64,000 bases of DNA, taken from the NCBI GenBank assembly GCA_963784525.1, contig CAWART010000014.1:23884-87883 (forward strand), given 5' to 3'. Source of the stretch: Candidatus Aminicenantes bacterium (GTDB lineage Bacteria > Acidobacteriota > Aminicenantia > Aminicenantales > Saccharicenantaceae). Below the pieces are notes generated by a model. The model did not search any database. It saw only the letters and a program-made list of their open reading frames with translations, and was not told where the DNA came from. The position numbers and the translations under genes are program-made. Shown in pieces: positions 33,522 to 44,521 of the stretch; within the stretch, counting starts at the first letter, position 1, and the number at the start of each line of letters is the position of its first letter.

Positions 33522-35000
33522 TCATCCCTTCGCGGTCCCCCGGCCCACGCCCGTCCGGGGGTAATAATTGCTGTGCCACTTGAGGCGCGTCACGCGCCCG
33601 TCGGCCCCGGATTCGAAGACGACCTCTTCGCCGAGCTCCCCGTCCTCCCGGATACGGCGGAACGTGCCGTCGCCCGTCTTGCGCAGTTTCGTGAGCCCCC
33701 TGACGGGGTCCATCGTCGGCAGCCACAGGGAAGCGAGGCTGTCCTCCCAGACGACGATCGCGATCTCCCCCCCGAAGGACGAGGCATAGGACCCGGTAAA
33801 TCTCTTCAGCTCCGGATCGGGGGCCTTCGCTCCCTTGGGGTCCTTGACGGCCGCGGCGATGGCCGGCGCTACGATGTCATACATGCGCTGGGCGAAGAGT
33901 CCGGAATCGACGCCCAGGGCGTTCGACAGGAAAATGGCCGCAACGGCCTCATCGGGCTTGAGCAGGACCTCCGTCCGGTAGCCCGGGCAGGATCCCCCAT
34001 GCCCGACGAAGGTCTTGCCGCCGCTCCGGCTGACCGAGAAGCCCAGCCCCCAGGTGGTCTCGAAATCCGGGTCCACCCAGTGGACGCGGTACATCTCGCG
34101 CAGGGTATTGGCCTTGAGCACCTCCGTCGCGCCTCCGCGGAGCAGGCGGAACTGCCATTGGGCGAAGCGGGCGAGGTCCTCGGCCGTGGACGCGAATCCG
34201 GCCGCGGGAGCGACCCCGCGGGCCTGGAAGAAGGGCATGGCCTCCCGGACTCCGTCGCGCGTCATCGCGCTATAGCCCGTGGCGAGCCGTCCCCCGCGCT
34301 CGGCGGCGGGGACCTCGGGGGTCGTGCTCGAGAGCCCCAGCGGATCGAGGATGTTCCGGCGGACATACTCGGCATAGGGCATTCCCGAAGCGGCCGCAAC
34401 GACCTCGCCGGCCAGCGTCAGTCCGAGATTCGAATACTGGAAATAGGTCTCCGCCGGGTAGAGCGTCCGCTGTTTCGAGATCCGCTCGATGATCTGTTCC
34501 CGCGTCGGGAACGGGAATTCCGGCCCCGTCCAGTAGGGATAGTCGGACTCCCGGGGGAGGCCCGAGGCGTGGGTGAGCAGGCCCTCGATCGTGATCTCGG
34601 CGCCATCCGGAGCGGACCGCTCGATCGTGAACCAGGGGAGATGCTTGCTCACAGGATCGTCGAGCCGCAGTTTTCCCGCGTCCCGCAGCTGCATCACGGA
34701 GATGCTGGTGAACAGCTTCGAGATGGAACAGATGCTGTAGATGGTCTTCGGTGTCGCCGCCGCGGTGCGGGCGAGGTCCGCGGAGCCGAAAGCTCCGCTC
34801 CAGAGGAGCTGCTGGTCGTGGACGAGGGCGGCAGAGACCCCAGGGATCTGTTCATAGGCCCTCTGGGCGTCCAGCCAGACCCTCATGACCTCCAGGGCGG
34901 AGGCCACGCGCGGGTCCTCGGCGAGGCATTGAGGCCGGGCCGGGCCCGCGAGCACGAAAGCTGAGAACAGGACGATCGGAAGGAAGCGCGTCGGCTTCAT
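33522..35000 (-). CDS. Beta-lactamase-family serine hydrolase (class C/PBP4*-like) with C-terminal extension
   Basis: Signal peptide. SICSISKLFTSISVMQL (SxxK), YSNLG, HGGSCPGY. Confidence 0.85.
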   Translation of the reverse strand: MKPTRFLPIVLFSAFVLAGPARPQCLAEDPRVASALEVMRVWLDAQRAYEQIPGVSAALVHDQQLLWSGAFGSADLARTAAATPKTIYSICSISKLFTSISVMQLRDAGKLRLDDPVSKHLPWFTIERSAPDGAEITIEGLLTHASGLPRESDYPYWTGPEFPFPTREQIIERISKQRTLYPAETYFQYSNLGLTLAGEVVAAASGMPYAEYVRRNILDPLGLSSTTPEVPAAERGGRLATGYSAMTRDGVREAMPFFQARGVAPAAGFASTAEDLARFAQWQFRLLRGGATEVLKANTLREMYRVHWVDPDFETTWGLGFSVSRSGGKTFVGHGGSCPGYRTEVLLKPDEAVAAIFLSNALGVDSGLFAQRMYDIVAPAIAAAVKDPKGAKAPDPELKRFTGSYASSFGGEIAIVVWEDSLASLWLPTMDPVRGLTKLRKTGDGTFRRIREDGELGEEVVFESGADGRVTRLKWHSNYYPRTGVGRGTAKG

Positions 35001-35093
35001 GACGTTTCACCTCCAACAAGATACGCCGGCCGCATTGACAGCCGCGCCCGGCGGCACATATAATCTCCCAATCCAACGGGAAAGGCGGACATC

Positions 35094-35453
35094 ATGGCCC
35101 AAGAAGAGATCCAGGTCAAGCAGCCGGCGGCCGGAGCCTCGCGCATCGGGAGCGGGCTGTCCTTCCGCGGGGACATCGCCGGCGGCGAGGATCTCGTCGT
35201 CGACGGCCATGTGACCGGGACCATCGACCTGGGCGCCCATGACCTCACCGTCCGCCAGGGGGGACGCGTCGAGGCCGACGTCCGGGCCCGTAACGTCACG
35301 ATCCACGGCGAGCTCATCGGGAACGTCGTCGCGACCGAACGGACCTTCATCTCCGAAACCGGCCGAATGAAGGGCGACGTCGCCGCCGCCACGGTCTCCG
35401 TCCTGGCCGGGGCCCAGTTCAGGGGCGCCATCCGGATGGAGCGCCGCGCCTAG
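35094..35453 (+). CDS. Bactofilin
   Basis: 119 aa. G(D/T)I..G.DL.V.G.V.G.I repeats (FRGDIAGGEDLVVDGHVTGTI...NVTIHGELIGNVVA) give the beta-helix pattern. Confidence 0.85.
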   Translation: MAQEEIQVKQPAAGASRIGSGLSFRGDIAGGEDLVVDGHVTGTIDLGAHDLTVRQGGRVEADVRARNVTIHGELIGNVVATERTFISETGRMKGDVAAATVSVLAGAQFRGAIRMERRA

Positions 35454-36172
35454 TCGATATCGATCGTGCCCTTGTCCTTCTCCCGCCGCTTCCGGTCCAT
35501 GTCGTCCCATTTCTTCATGCAATCGGCGTCCGTGCCCCGGACCAGGGAGCATTCGAGGTACTCGGATATGTAGATGACGCAGGCCCGGATGGCCTTCCCG
35601 GCGGGCGTCCTCTTGTAATCGTCGCCGTTGATACTGAAATTCCTCAGGCTCAGGCCGGCGGCCAGTCCCTGGCCCTTCGCCTCGGCCTCGATCGTCCGGG
35701 TGTCAACGATCTCGCCGGTCTCGGAGTCGACGACCTTGAGGTCGACGGCGATATAGGCCTTGTCCTTCCTCCCGGCCACGCTGAGCCCCTTGAAGCGGAC
35801 GCCGGCGCCCGTGCCCTTGACATCCTCTTCGAAGGAGGAGACGGTGGCCGCGACGAGATACTTGGCCCCTTTGAGCTTGCCCATCTTGACCTTGGTCGCT
35901 TGATCGACCCGGTCGGTATCGCTCAGGTCCTGCTCCCCGAGGACGGCCTCGATGTCCTTCCGGTCAAGGACCTGGAAGGACCGGGTGGAAACCAGCTCGG
36001 CGGCCAGCATGTCGGACAGCTCGCGGCCGACCGAGGCGCTCCACCAGCCGGCGCTGGTCTGATTGGTGAATCGCAATACGCCGATCCGCGGCTTCTCGGC
36101 CGACTGTCCGGCCGCGAGGAACGCGGCGACGGCGAGGAGCGCGATCACGGTCAACAGGACGATCTTCTTCAT
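35450..36172 (-). CDS. CsgG/HfaB-family lipoprotein-like protein
   Basis: Start at the ATG after ggagg ([18 protein letters not shown]). [12 protein letters not shown]...[21 protein letters not shown]...[13 protein letters not shown] fits the CsgG-like pattern. Confidence 0.65.
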   Translation of the reverse strand: MKKIVLLTVIALLAVAAFLAAGQSAEKPRIGVLRFTNQTSAGWWSASVGRELSDMLAAELVSTRSFQVLDRKDIEAVLGEQDLSDTDRVDQATKVKMGKLKGAKYLVAATVSSFEEDVKGTGAGVRFKGLSVAGRKDKAYIAVDLKVVDSETGEIVDTRTIEAEAKGQGLAAGLSLRNFSINGDDYKRTPAGKAIRACVIYISEYLECSLVRGTDADCMKKWDDMDRKRREKDKGTIDID

Positions 36173-36237
36173 GGGCCCTCCTTGATGCACTTTATGTCGG
36201 ATCATCGTGGGACCTATATAGCACAAATTTTGTTATA

Positions 36238-38241
36238 ATGCCATCGATGCGCGCCTTCGACCTCCGCTCCGATTTCGAGCCCCGCGGGGACCAGGTCCGG
36301 GCCATCGAGCGCCTCTCCGAAGGGCTCGATGCCGGGGAGAAGAACCAGGTCCTGATGGGGGTCACCGGCTCGGGCAAGACCTTCACGATGGCCAACGTCA
36401 TCGCACGGGCACGCCGCCCGGTCCTGGTCATCTCCCACAATAAGACCCTGGCCGCCCAGCTCTACCAGGAATTCCGGCGCTTCTTCCCGGGGAACGCCGT
36501 CGAATACTTCGTCAGCTATTACGACTATTATCAGCCCGAAGCGTACATCGCCTCGTCGAACACCTATATCGCCAAGGAGGCGACCATCAACGACGAGATC
36601 GACCGCCTCCGCCTCCGGGCGTCGAATTCCCTCTTCGAGCGCCGGGACGTGATCGTCGTCGCCTCGGTCTCCTGCATCTACGGCATCGGCGCCCCGGCCA
36701 CCTACCACGAAATGAGCTTCGGTCTCGAGGTCGGCCAGGCCCTGAGCCGGAAGAAACTCCTGGACAGCTTCACGGAGATCCAGTACGAGCGGCGGGAGGA
36801 CGACTTCAAGCGGGGCGCCTTCCGCGTCCGCGGCGACATCGTCGAGATCTTCCCCTCCTACGAGGACTTTGCGTACCGGATCGAGTTCGACGACGGACGC
36901 ATCAAGGCCCTGTCCGCCGTCGACCCCCTTCTCGGGAGGACGCTGGAGGCCTTTGACCGGATCATGGTCCATCCGAGGACGTTCTTCTCGACCCCCCGCG
37001 CCGTCCTCAAGGCCGCCGCGGACGGCATCGAGAGAGAGCTTGTCGGGCGGGTGGCCGCGTTCCGGGCCGAGGGCAAGTTCGTCGAGGCCGAACGGATCGA
37101 GGAGAGAACCCTCTACGACCTGGACATGCTCCGGGAGTTCGGCTATTGCCCCGGCATCGAGAACTACTCGCTCTACCTTTCCGACCGGAAGCCCGGCGAG
37201 CCCCCGTTCACCCTCCTCGATTACTTCCCCGAAGATTTCCTGACCATCGTCGACGAATCCCACGTCACCGTCCCCCAGATCGGGGGGATGTACCACGGCG
37301 ACCGGTCGCGGAAGACGACCCTCATCGAACACGGCTTTCGCCTGCCCTCGGCGCTGGACAATCGTCCCCTGAACTTCGGGGAATACGAGGAGAAGATCGG
37401 CCCCGTCATCTATGTCTCGGCGACGCCGGCGTCGTACGAGATCGGGAAGTCCGGGAGCCGGATCATCGAGCAGGTCATCCGGCCCACGGGCCTCACCGAT
37501 CCCGAGATCGAGATCCGCCCGGTCCGGGGGCAGGTCGACGACCTGCTGTCCGAGATCGCGGCGCGGGCGGAGCGGCAGGAGAGGACGCTCGTGACGACCC
37601 TGACCAAGAAGATGGCCGAGGACCTGACGCGCCACTACCACGAGCGGGGCCTCCGCGTCCGCTACCTGCATTCGGAGATCGAGACGCTCGACCGGGTCCG
37701 GATCCTGAGGGACCTCAGGAAGGGCGCGTTCGACGCCCTTGTCGGCATCAACCTGCTTCGGGAGGGGCTCGACCTCCCCGAGGTGTCCCTGGTGGCCATC
37801 CTGGACGCCGACAAGGAGGGCTTCCTGCGGTCCGCGAGCGCGCTCATCCAGACGTTCGGCCGGGCGGCCCGCCACGTGGCCGGACGGGCCATCCTCTACG
37901 CGGACACGATGACGGATTCGATGAAGGCGGCCATCGGCGAAACGAACCGGCGCCGTGCGATCCAGAAGGAATATAACGTGCGCCACGGCATCACGCCGCA
38001 GTCCGTCGTCAAGGGCATCGACGAGGTCATGAGCAGCGTCTACGAACGCGATTACGTCGATCTGACGCGCATCCCCGAGGACAGGGAGTTCGCCCTGTCC
38101 CCGGAAAAGAGGAAGAAGCGGATGGAGGAGCTCGAGAAGCTCATGGCGCGGGCGTCGCAGGACCTCGAATTCGAAAAGGCCGCCGCCTACAGGGACGAGC
38201 TCAGCCGCCTGAAGAAGCGCGAGCTCGAGCTCGCCCTCTGA
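36238..38241 (+). CDS. uvrB: Excinuclease ABC subunit B
   Basis: [32 protein letters not shown]-terminal UVR motif [11 protein letters not shown]. Confidence 0.98.
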   Translation: MPSMRAFDLRSDFEPRGDQVRAIERLSEGLDAGEKNQVLMGVTGSGKTFTMANVIARARRPVLVISHNKTLAAQLYQEFRRFFPGNAVEYFVSYYDYYQPEAYIASSNTYIAKEATINDEIDRLRLRASNSLFERRDVIVVASVSCIYGIGAPATYHEMSFGLEVGQALSRKKLLDSFTEIQYERREDDFKRGAFRVRGDIVEIFPSYEDFAYRIEFDDGRIKALSAVDPLLGRTLEAFDRIMVHPRTFFSTPRAVLKAAADGIERELVGRVAAFRAEGKFVEAERIEERTLYDLDMLREFGYCPGIENYSLYLSDRKPGEPPFTLLDYFPEDFLTIVDESHVTVPQIGGMYHGDRSRKTTLIEHGFRLPSALDNRPLNFGEYEEKIGPVIYVSATPASYEIGKSGSRIIEQVIRPTGLTDPEIEIRPVRGQVDDLLSEIAARAERQERTLVTTLTKKMAEDLTRHYHERGLRVRYLHSEIETLDRVRILRDLRKGAFDALVGINLLREGLDLPEVSLVAILDADKEGFLRSASALIQTFGRAARHVAGRAILYADTMTDSMKAAIGETNRRRAIQKEYNVRHGITPQSVVKGIDEVMSSVYERDYVDLTRIPEDREFALSPEKRKKRMEELEKLMARASQDLEFEKAAAYRDELSRLKKRELELAL

Positions 38242-38268
38242 CGGGGGCCGCGGAGAACGGGAACGAAG

Positions 38269-40050
38269 ATGACGGACTCGCTGAGGGAAAAGGTCGCCGG
38301 GTTTCCCGCCAAACCCGGGATCTATTTCTTCAGGGACGCCGAAGGCAGGGTCCTCTATATAGGAAAGGCCCGGTCGCTCCGGGACCGGGTGCGCTCCTAT
38401 TTCCTCCCCGGCCCGGACATCAAGGTCCGGAACATCCTGGGGGAAACCGCCGACGTCGACTACATCCTGACCGCCTCGGAGAAGGAAGCCGCCTTCCTCG
38501 AAAACAACTACATCCAGGAGCACCGGCCGAAGTTCAATCTCAGGCTCAAGGACGACAAGAGCTTCCCCTATCTCAAGCTGACCGTCCGCGAGAAGTTCCC
38601 CGGGATATCCATGAGCCGCAAGGTCGAGAGCGACGGCTCCCGGTATTTCGGTCCCTTCTCCCCGGCCGGCCGTGCGCGCAAGACCATCCATCTCGTCAAC
38701 AGGCACTTCGGGGTTCGCGGCTGTGAAGAAGCCGTGTTCAGGGGCCGCAAGCGCCCCTGCCTGGAACACGATCTCGGGCTTTGCTCCGCGCCCTGTGTCG
38801 GGCGGATCTCCCCCGACGATTACAGGAAGGACGTGGACGCGGCCCGGCTCTTCCTCGAAGGCCGGACGGAGGAACTGGCCCGGAGCGTGAAGGCCCGCAT
38901 GGGCGAAGCGGCCGCGGCGCAAAGATTCGAGGAGGCCGCCCGCCTGAGGGACCTCGTGCGCACGCTCGAGGACCTCCGACAAAGACCGCAGGCCATCGAT
39001 GTCGGCCTCGAAGACCTGGACGCGGTCGGCTACGCGCGGGCCGGGGACGCGGCCGCTCTTCACGTCTTCTTCATGAGGCGGGGCAAGGTCCGGGATTCCG
39101 GGGGAACGCTCGCCGAAGGGACGGAGGGGCGTTCCGACGGCGATGTCCTGGCCGAGCTCGTCGGGAGGTTCTACGCCCGGGCCGAGAAGCCCCCGAAGAT
39201 CCTCCTCCCCTTCGAGCCGGCCGGCGCCCGGCGCCTGCAGGAGGAGCTGGGCGGGGGGCCCGGAAAGAAGGCCCGGCTCGTCGTTCCCAAGGCCGGAAAG
39301 TACGCCAGGCTGACCGAAATGGCCGGACAAAATGCGGTCCTCGCCCTGGGCGATACGAAGAGAGCGGCCTCTCCCCTGTTGGCGTTGGCGCAGGTCCTCG
39401 GGCTCGCGGACGCCCCATGGCGGATCGAAGGCTTCGACATCTCCAATACAGGCGGGGACGAATCCGTCGGCTCTCTCGTGGTCTTTGACGGCGGCAGGCC
39501 GAACAGATCGGAATATCGGAAGTTCAAGGTCAGGACGGTCGAAGGATCGAACGATGCGGCGAGTCTCCGCGAGGTCGTCGGCCGGAGGTACGCGCGCCTC
39601 AAGGAGGAGGGCTCCCGGATGCCGGGACTCATCCTGGTCGACGGCGGCAAGCCCCAGCTCGCGGCCGCTCTCGCGGCGCTCGACGACGCCGGCGTGACCG
39701 GGATCCCTCTGATCTCACTCGCCAAGCGCGAGGAGATCATCTTCACGCCGGAGAACAGGAAGGGCATCCGGCTCGACGCGACGTCCCCGGCCTTGAAGCT
39801 CGTCGAGCACGTCCGGGACGAGGCCCATCGTTTCGCAGTCGCCTTCCACCGCGGACGCCGCTCCAAGAAGAGCTTTGCCTCGGCCCTCGACGGCATCCCG
39901 GGCCTCGGCCCGAAGCGAAAGGCCGCTCTCCTGGCCCGCTATGGAAACATCGAGTCGATCCGCGTCGCGCCCTTGGATGACCTTGCCGCCCTCGTCGGCC
40001 GCGCGGCCGCCTCCGCCCTGGAATCCCGCCTGGGCCAAGCCGCGGGCTGA
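38269..40050 (+). CDS. uvrC: Excinuclease ABC subunit C
   Basis: GIY-YIG (PGIYFFRDAEGRVLYIGKARSLRDRV), UVR motif FEEAARLRD, C-terminal HhH. Confidence 0.97.
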   Translation: MTDSLREKVAGFPAKPGIYFFRDAEGRVLYIGKARSLRDRVRSYFLPGPDIKVRNILGETADVDYILTASEKEAAFLENNYIQEHRPKFNLRLKDDKSFPYLKLTVREKFPGISMSRKVESDGSRYFGPFSPAGRARKTIHLVNRHFGVRGCEEAVFRGRKRPCLEHDLGLCSAPCVGRISPDDYRKDVDAARLFLEGRTEELARSVKARMGEAAAAQRFEEAARLRDLVRTLEDLRQRPQAIDVGLEDLDAVGYARAGDAAALHVFFMRRGKVRDSGGTLAEGTEGRSDGDVLAELVGRFYARAEKPPKILLPFEPAGARRLQEELGGGPGKKARLVVPKAGKYARLTEMAGQNAVLALGDTKRAASPLLALAQVLGLADAPWRIEGFDISNTGGDESVGSLVVFDGGRPNRSEYRKFKVRTVEGSNDAASLREVVGRRYARLKEEGSRMPGLILVDGGKPQLAAALAALDDAGVTGIPLISLAKREEIIFTPENRKGIRLDATSPALKLVEHVRDEAHRFAVAFHRGRRSKKSFASALDGIPGLGPKRKAALLARYGNIESIRVAPLDDLAALVGRAAASALESRLGQAAG

Positions 40051-40154
40051 AGCCTGCGGCTACAAGCAGAGGCCTTAAATTCGGGGACACGATACCCGTT
40101 TCCCTGCGGCTCGGGACGGCCGAAGAAATTGGGAAACAGGTATTGTGTCCCCGA

Positions 40155-42086
40155 TCAGACGATGATCCGGATGAGCCAGGAGAGAAGGATCGCCACGCCG
40201 ATGCTGAGACCCGCGGACAGGAAGGCGACCTTCTTTCCGATCTCCTTCCAGAGGATGGCGAAGGTGGACAGGCAGGGAATGAAGAAGCTGACGAACACGG
40301 TGAAGACGAGAAGCTGTTGCTTGGTGATGACGGCGAGGAGGTCCCCGTAGCCGGTCCCGAGGGCCTGGAGCATCATGATGAGAGAGAGCTCTTTGCGCAG
40401 AAAGCCGAAGATGAGAGTCACGCCGAGCTCCCGGGGCAGGCCGAGGGCGCCCGACACGAGCGGGGCCAGGACCGCGTTGATCGTCCGGTCTGCGTGGACG
40501 GACTGGAGAAGCCCCAGAAAGACGCTGCCCGCGATGAGGAGGGGCCAGGCGAACCCGACGAACGACCGCAACTGGAAATAGGTCTTCTGGAGGATGTTCC
40601 CGAGGCGGGGGCGCTTCAAGGTCGGGATCTCCAGGATGAGGCCCGGAGACGGCGCCTTGGTGAACGAGGACAGGATCTTGCCGAGGACGGCGACGAGCAG
40701 GAGATTGCCTGCGTAGAAGGCCAGCGCCGCCCAGGGCCCCAGAGCGAAGGCGACGAGGGCCAGGATGATCGTCGTCCGGGCCGAGCACGGGATGAACGGT
40801 ATGAGGAGGGAGGTAATGACGCGGTCCCGGCGCGATTCCAGGATGCGCGTCGAGACGATGGCCGGCACGTTGCAGCCGAAACCGAGGATGAACGGCGAAA
40901 CGGACTTCCCGTGAAGGCCGATGTGGTGCATGAAGGCATCGAGCAGGAATCCCGCCCGGGCAAGGTATCCGAGGTCCTCGAGGAAGGCCATCAGGACGAG
41001 CAGGGGGAGGAAATACGGCAGGACGATGGCGATCCCTCCGCCGATGCCCTGGACGAGCCCGTCGGCCAGGTGGAACAGGACGTTCGAACCGAGCTGCCGC
41101 TTGAGTTCGAGGCTGATCGCGGCGAAGGGCTTGAGAAGGAGCCCCTCGAGCGGATTCCCGATCTTGAAGATGAGGAGGAAAAAGGCCATGAAGACGGCGA
41201 CGAGGATGACGTACCCATAGAACGGGTGCATGACCACGGCGTCGATCCGCTTGTCCCAAGAGATCCCCTTCCCCCGCGTGACCCGGCTGGCCTCCTCCGC
41301 GATCTTCAGGGCCAGGTGGTGGCGTTCCGCGGCGACGACCTCGTAGGCGGGCATGTCCCGGCCGGATTCGATCTCCGCCCGGACGCGCTCGACCTCGCCC
41401 TTGAGCCCCGGTTCGAGCTCCCCGAGCATCCGGTCGCAGAAGAGGCGGTCGGCTTCGATCATCTTGACCGCGGTGAATCTCCGGCCGGCCACCAGCGGGA
41501 AATCGTCCGGAAGGAGGCGGGCCATCTCCTCGACCCGGCTCTCGACGTCCCGCGACCAAGAAGGGGGCGGCGGCATGACGGGGTGATCGAGGACGCGGAA
41601 CACCTCGTCCAGGAGCTCCTTGACGCCGCGGCCGCGCGAGGCGATGACGGGGATGACCGGGACGCCGAGCCGCGCCGACAGCTTCGCCGCGTCGATCTTG
41701 ATCCCTTTCTTCTCGGCCAGGTCGAGCATGTTGAGCGCGACGACCATCGGGCGGCCGAACTCGATGAGCTCCAGCGTGAACTCCAGGCTTCGGCCCAGGA
41801 TGGAGGCGTCGACCACGTTGACGACAAGGTCCGGCCTTTCCGAAAAGAGGTGTCTCAAAGCCGTCCGTTCCGCCGGATCGGCCGGGCAGAGCGAATAGGT
41901 GCCGGGAAGATCGACGATATCCAGAAGGCGCCCCTCGATGGCGACACGGCTGTGGGTATGCTTGACCGTCGTCCCGGGGAAGTTCGATGTTTCGGCTTTC
42001 AGCCCGGCGATGGAGTTGAACAGCGTGCTCTTGCCGCAGTTGGGTTGGCCGACGAAGATGACCGAAGGAGCGTCAGGGACGGCCAT
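40155..42086 (-). CDS. feoB: Ferrous iron transporter B
   Basis: Start at MAVPDAPSVIFVGQPNCGKSTLFNSIAG (G1), DLPGTYSL, NMLD, then a polytopic membrane domain. Confidence 0.95.
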   Translation of the reverse strand: MAVPDAPSVIFVGQPNCGKSTLFNSIAGLKAETSNFPGTTVKHTHSRVAIEGRLLDIVDLPGTYSLCPADPAERTALRHLFSERPDLVVNVVDASILGRSLEFTLELIEFGRPMVVALNMLDLAEKKGIKIDAAKLSARLGVPVIPVIASRGRGVKELLDEVFRVLDHPVMPPPPSWSRDVESRVEEMARLLPDDFPLVAGRRFTAVKMIEADRLFCDRMLGELEPGLKGEVERVRAEIESGRDMPAYEVVAAERHHLALKIAEEASRVTRGKGISWDKRIDAVVMHPFYGYVILVAVFMAFFLLIFKIGNPLEGLLLKPFAAISLELKRQLGSNVLFHLADGLVQGIGGGIAIVLPYFLPLLVLMAFLEDLGYLARAGFLLDAFMHHIGLHGKSVSPFILGFGCNVPAIVSTRILESRRDRVITSLLIPFIPCSARTTIILALVAFALGPWAALAFYAGNLLLVAVLGKILSSFTKAPSPGLILEIPTLKRPRLGNILQKTYFQLRSFVGFAWPLLIAGSVFLGLLQSVHADRTINAVLAPLVSGALGLPRELGVTLIFGFLRKELSLIMMLQALGTGYGDLLAVITKQQLLVFTVFVSFFIPCLSTFAILWKEIGKKVAFLSAGLSIGVAILLSWLIRIIV

Positions 42087-42315
42087 CCGTGACCTCGACC
42101 CTGATCTTCCGGGCGACGCCCCGGCCGAGAGCGACACGGCTGTCCGAGGCGGTGTTCCGGACGAGGATCGGACCTCTCAGGATGGCCGCCGAATCCAGCT
42201 CCACGATGTCGCCCGGGTGGAACCCCATGGACATCAGCCTCCGGCGAACGCCCTCGCCCCCGGCGATCCCCAGGATCCGCAGGGGCTTGGATAGAGGCGC
42301 TTCACAAAGATTCAT
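42073..42315 (-). CDS. feoA: FeoA-family iron transport protein
   Basis: 80 aa. RRLMSMGFHPGDIVEL...GPILVR SH3-like FeoA pattern. Overlaps the feoB start. Confidence 0.9.
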   Translation of the reverse strand: MNLCEAPLSKPLRILGIAGGEGVRRRLMSMGFHPGDIVELDSAAILRGPILVRNTASDSRVALGRGVARKIRVEVTDGRP

Positions 42316-42483
42316 GTATTCGATCTCTTTTCTTAATTCGGTATTCGATTTCCGCCCTCGCCCCGGGACCGGTGACCGGTTTCCCGAGCCTTGCAGGATA
42401 TTATAGCCTATCGGGTCCGGGAACTGAAACGGCGGATCCCTGCCCGCTTGCCGCGTTCGGCCGCGTCCGATATAATCGCTGGC

Positions 42484-44493
42484 ATGAAGAGAACCTCAGC
42501 CGTCCTCCTGGCCGCCGCGGTCCTCCTCGGCACCATCGCCTGCGGAAGCCGGACGCCTTCACGGGACCTCCCGGCGACGTTCATCTGGGGGAAGGACCAA
42601 TCCTCGATCGAGCCCGCGTCGGGGCGGATGAACGTCTGGGGGGGCTTCGAGGTCCGGGACGGCGTCTTTTCCGCGGAAAAGAACATGGCGCGCTTCATCC
42701 TGTGGCGGACGGCCGGGTCGGACGCCCGCTTCGACGTAACCTACGTCCTCCGGGGAAAGCCGTGCCGTTTCCTTGTCAACGGCGCGCCCATCGGCAAGCT
42801 CGAGCCATCGACGAGGCCGGCGTCGGCGTCCTTCGGCGCCCGGCTGAACGCCGGTTTCAATTTCCTGGAGTTCGACAAGGCGACCAACGACATCCTGCAG
42901 GTCCATTCCGTCCGGATGGGTCCGAACGGGGACCGCCCGCGGCGCCATCTCGCGACCGGCGAATCCCTGACCGCGGGGACCGGGCGGACCGGAGGGCGCC
43001 TGGTCTTCGCGGGAAGCGGCGCTCTGAGGATCACCGAGGTCTCTTTTCCCGACGGACGGGAGACCATCCGAACGTTCGAACGGAAGCCGGGGCTGTTGTC
43101 CCGGAGGATCGTCTACGAATACGACAACCCCGCCCAGGGATATACCGCCTTTTCGGCGGTCAAGGGGAGTTTCGACGTCGTCGAGCGCTCCGTCGCCCCG
43201 GTACGGAACACCCCTCCGGCCGGCGGGACGCCGAAGGTCCAGGGCCGGCCGGACATCTTCATCTTCCTCATCGACGCCTGCCGGCCCGACCACCTGGGCC
43301 TCTACGGCTACATGCGGCCGACGTCGCCGAACCTTGATCGCTTCGCCGGGGAGGCGGTCGTCTTCGAGAACGCCTACGCCAACGCGTCGTTCACCCGGTC
43401 CAGCGTGGCCACGCTGTTCACGGGCCTGTACCCCGAAAGCCACAAGGTCCGCATCCTGATGAACAAGCTCTCAGAGCGCCTGCTGACCATCCCCGTCTAT
43501 CTCAAGGCCAAGGGCTACCGGACGTCCCTCTTCACGGCCACGGGGAACGTCTCGGAAAACATGGGGTTCGCACGCGGCGTGGACGACTATTTCCCCCACA
43601 TCGGGGAGTGGCGCCGGGGAGACGAGAGGACCCTGCCCTCCAATTTCGAGGGCTGGCTGTCCCACGAGGGCCCGCTCTTCAGCTATGTGCACTTCATGGA
43701 ACCTCACCTGCCCGTCGTGCCGCCGCCGCCCTTCCTGGACATGTTCTCGGCTCCCGAGGACCGGGCCTTCGTCCACGGCGTCCTCGGGGAGTTCCAGAAG
43801 AAGATCAACGCGGATCTCCCGTTCGGCCCCGACGAGGTCCGGGCGGTCGTCGACAACTACGACGCCGCCATCGGCTACATCGACGGCGAGCTCGGGAAGC
43901 TGATGACGAGCCTGAAGGCCCGGGGTTCCTACGACGAGAGCCTGATCATCGTCCTCTCGGACCACGGCGAATCTCTCTACGAGAGGGAATTCTGGGGGCA
44001 CGGGTCCAAGGTCTACGAGGAGACGGCCCGCGTGCCCCTCATCGTCAAGTTCCCCGCCTCGATGGGACTGAAGGGGCGGGTCGAGCGCGTCGTCGACCTG
44101 GCCGGGGCCTTCCCGACGCTGATGGACCTCTTCGGTCCGTCGGTCGGGCTCGACGGGACGAGCTGGCTTCCGGCCGTCGCCTCCAGAGCGATGGACGACG
44201 GCCTTGCGGTGACCCGCTCGTTCTCCAACATCGGAGACTTCGGGCTCCGTTGGCGCGACTGGTACGCCATCATCAACATGGCGTCGGCCGGGCAAACCCT
44301 CTTCCGCCGCGCGTCGCCCGTTTTCGTCGAGGCCGGGGCCGGATCGGAGAACGTCCGGCTCCTGTTCAAGGTCCGCTTCCTCGAATGGCTCGCCCGGTTC
44401 TCCGAGCTCGACGACCGGCCCGTTCCCATGGACCTCCGGACCCTTCCGCAGAACGAGCTGGAGAACCTCCGTTCCCTGGGATATATCAAGTGA
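42484..44493 (+). CDS. Sulfatase-like (alkaline-phosphatase superfamily) lipoprotein, paralog of 6411..8366
   Basis: ATG 42484 gives MKRTSAVLLAAAVLLGTIAC (lipobox). IFIFLIDACRPDHLGLYGYMRPTSPNLDRF. The nucleophile region is FTRSS rather than CxPxR. SDHGESLYE. Confidence 0.8.
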   Translation: MKRTSAVLLAAAVLLGTIACGSRTPSRDLPATFIWGKDQSSIEPASGRMNVWGGFEVRDGVFSAEKNMARFILWRTAGSDARFDVTYVLRGKPCRFLVNGAPIGKLEPSTRPASASFGARLNAGFNFLEFDKATNDILQVHSVRMGPNGDRPRRHLATGESLTAGTGRTGGRLVFAGSGALRITEVSFPDGRETIRTFERKPGLLSRRIVYEYDNPAQGYTAFSAVKGSFDVVERSVAPVRNTPPAGGTPKVQGRPDIFIFLIDACRPDHLGLYGYMRPTSPNLDRFAGEAVVFENAYANASFTRSSVATLFTGLYPESHKVRILMNKLSERLLTIPVYLKAKGYRTSLFTATGNVSENMGFARGVDDYFPHIGEWRRGDERTLPSNFEGWLSHEGPLFSYVHFMEPHLPVVPPPPFLDMFSAPEDRAFVHGVLGEFQKKINADLPFGPDEVRAVVDNYDAAIGYIDGELGKLMTSLKARGSYDESLIIVLSDHGESLYEREFWGHGSKVYEETARVPLIVKFPASMGLKGRVERVVDLAGAFPTLMDLFGPSVGLDGTSWLPAVASRAMDDGLAVTRSFSNIGDFGLRWRDWYAIINMASAGQTLFRRASPVFVEAGAGSENVRLLFKVRFLEWLARFSELDDRPVPMDLRTLPQNELENLRSLGYIK

Positions 44494-44521
44494 CAATTCA
44501 TCGCACCGGGAGAAAGACACC

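Noticed and set aside
36214-39330. 1038-aa ORF on the minus strand
   Set aside because: It lies exactly antisense to the unmistakable uvrB and uvrC genes. The translation is low-complexity G/P/R/E/D/L-rich with no motif. This is a typical stop-free shadow frame in GC-rich coding DNA.
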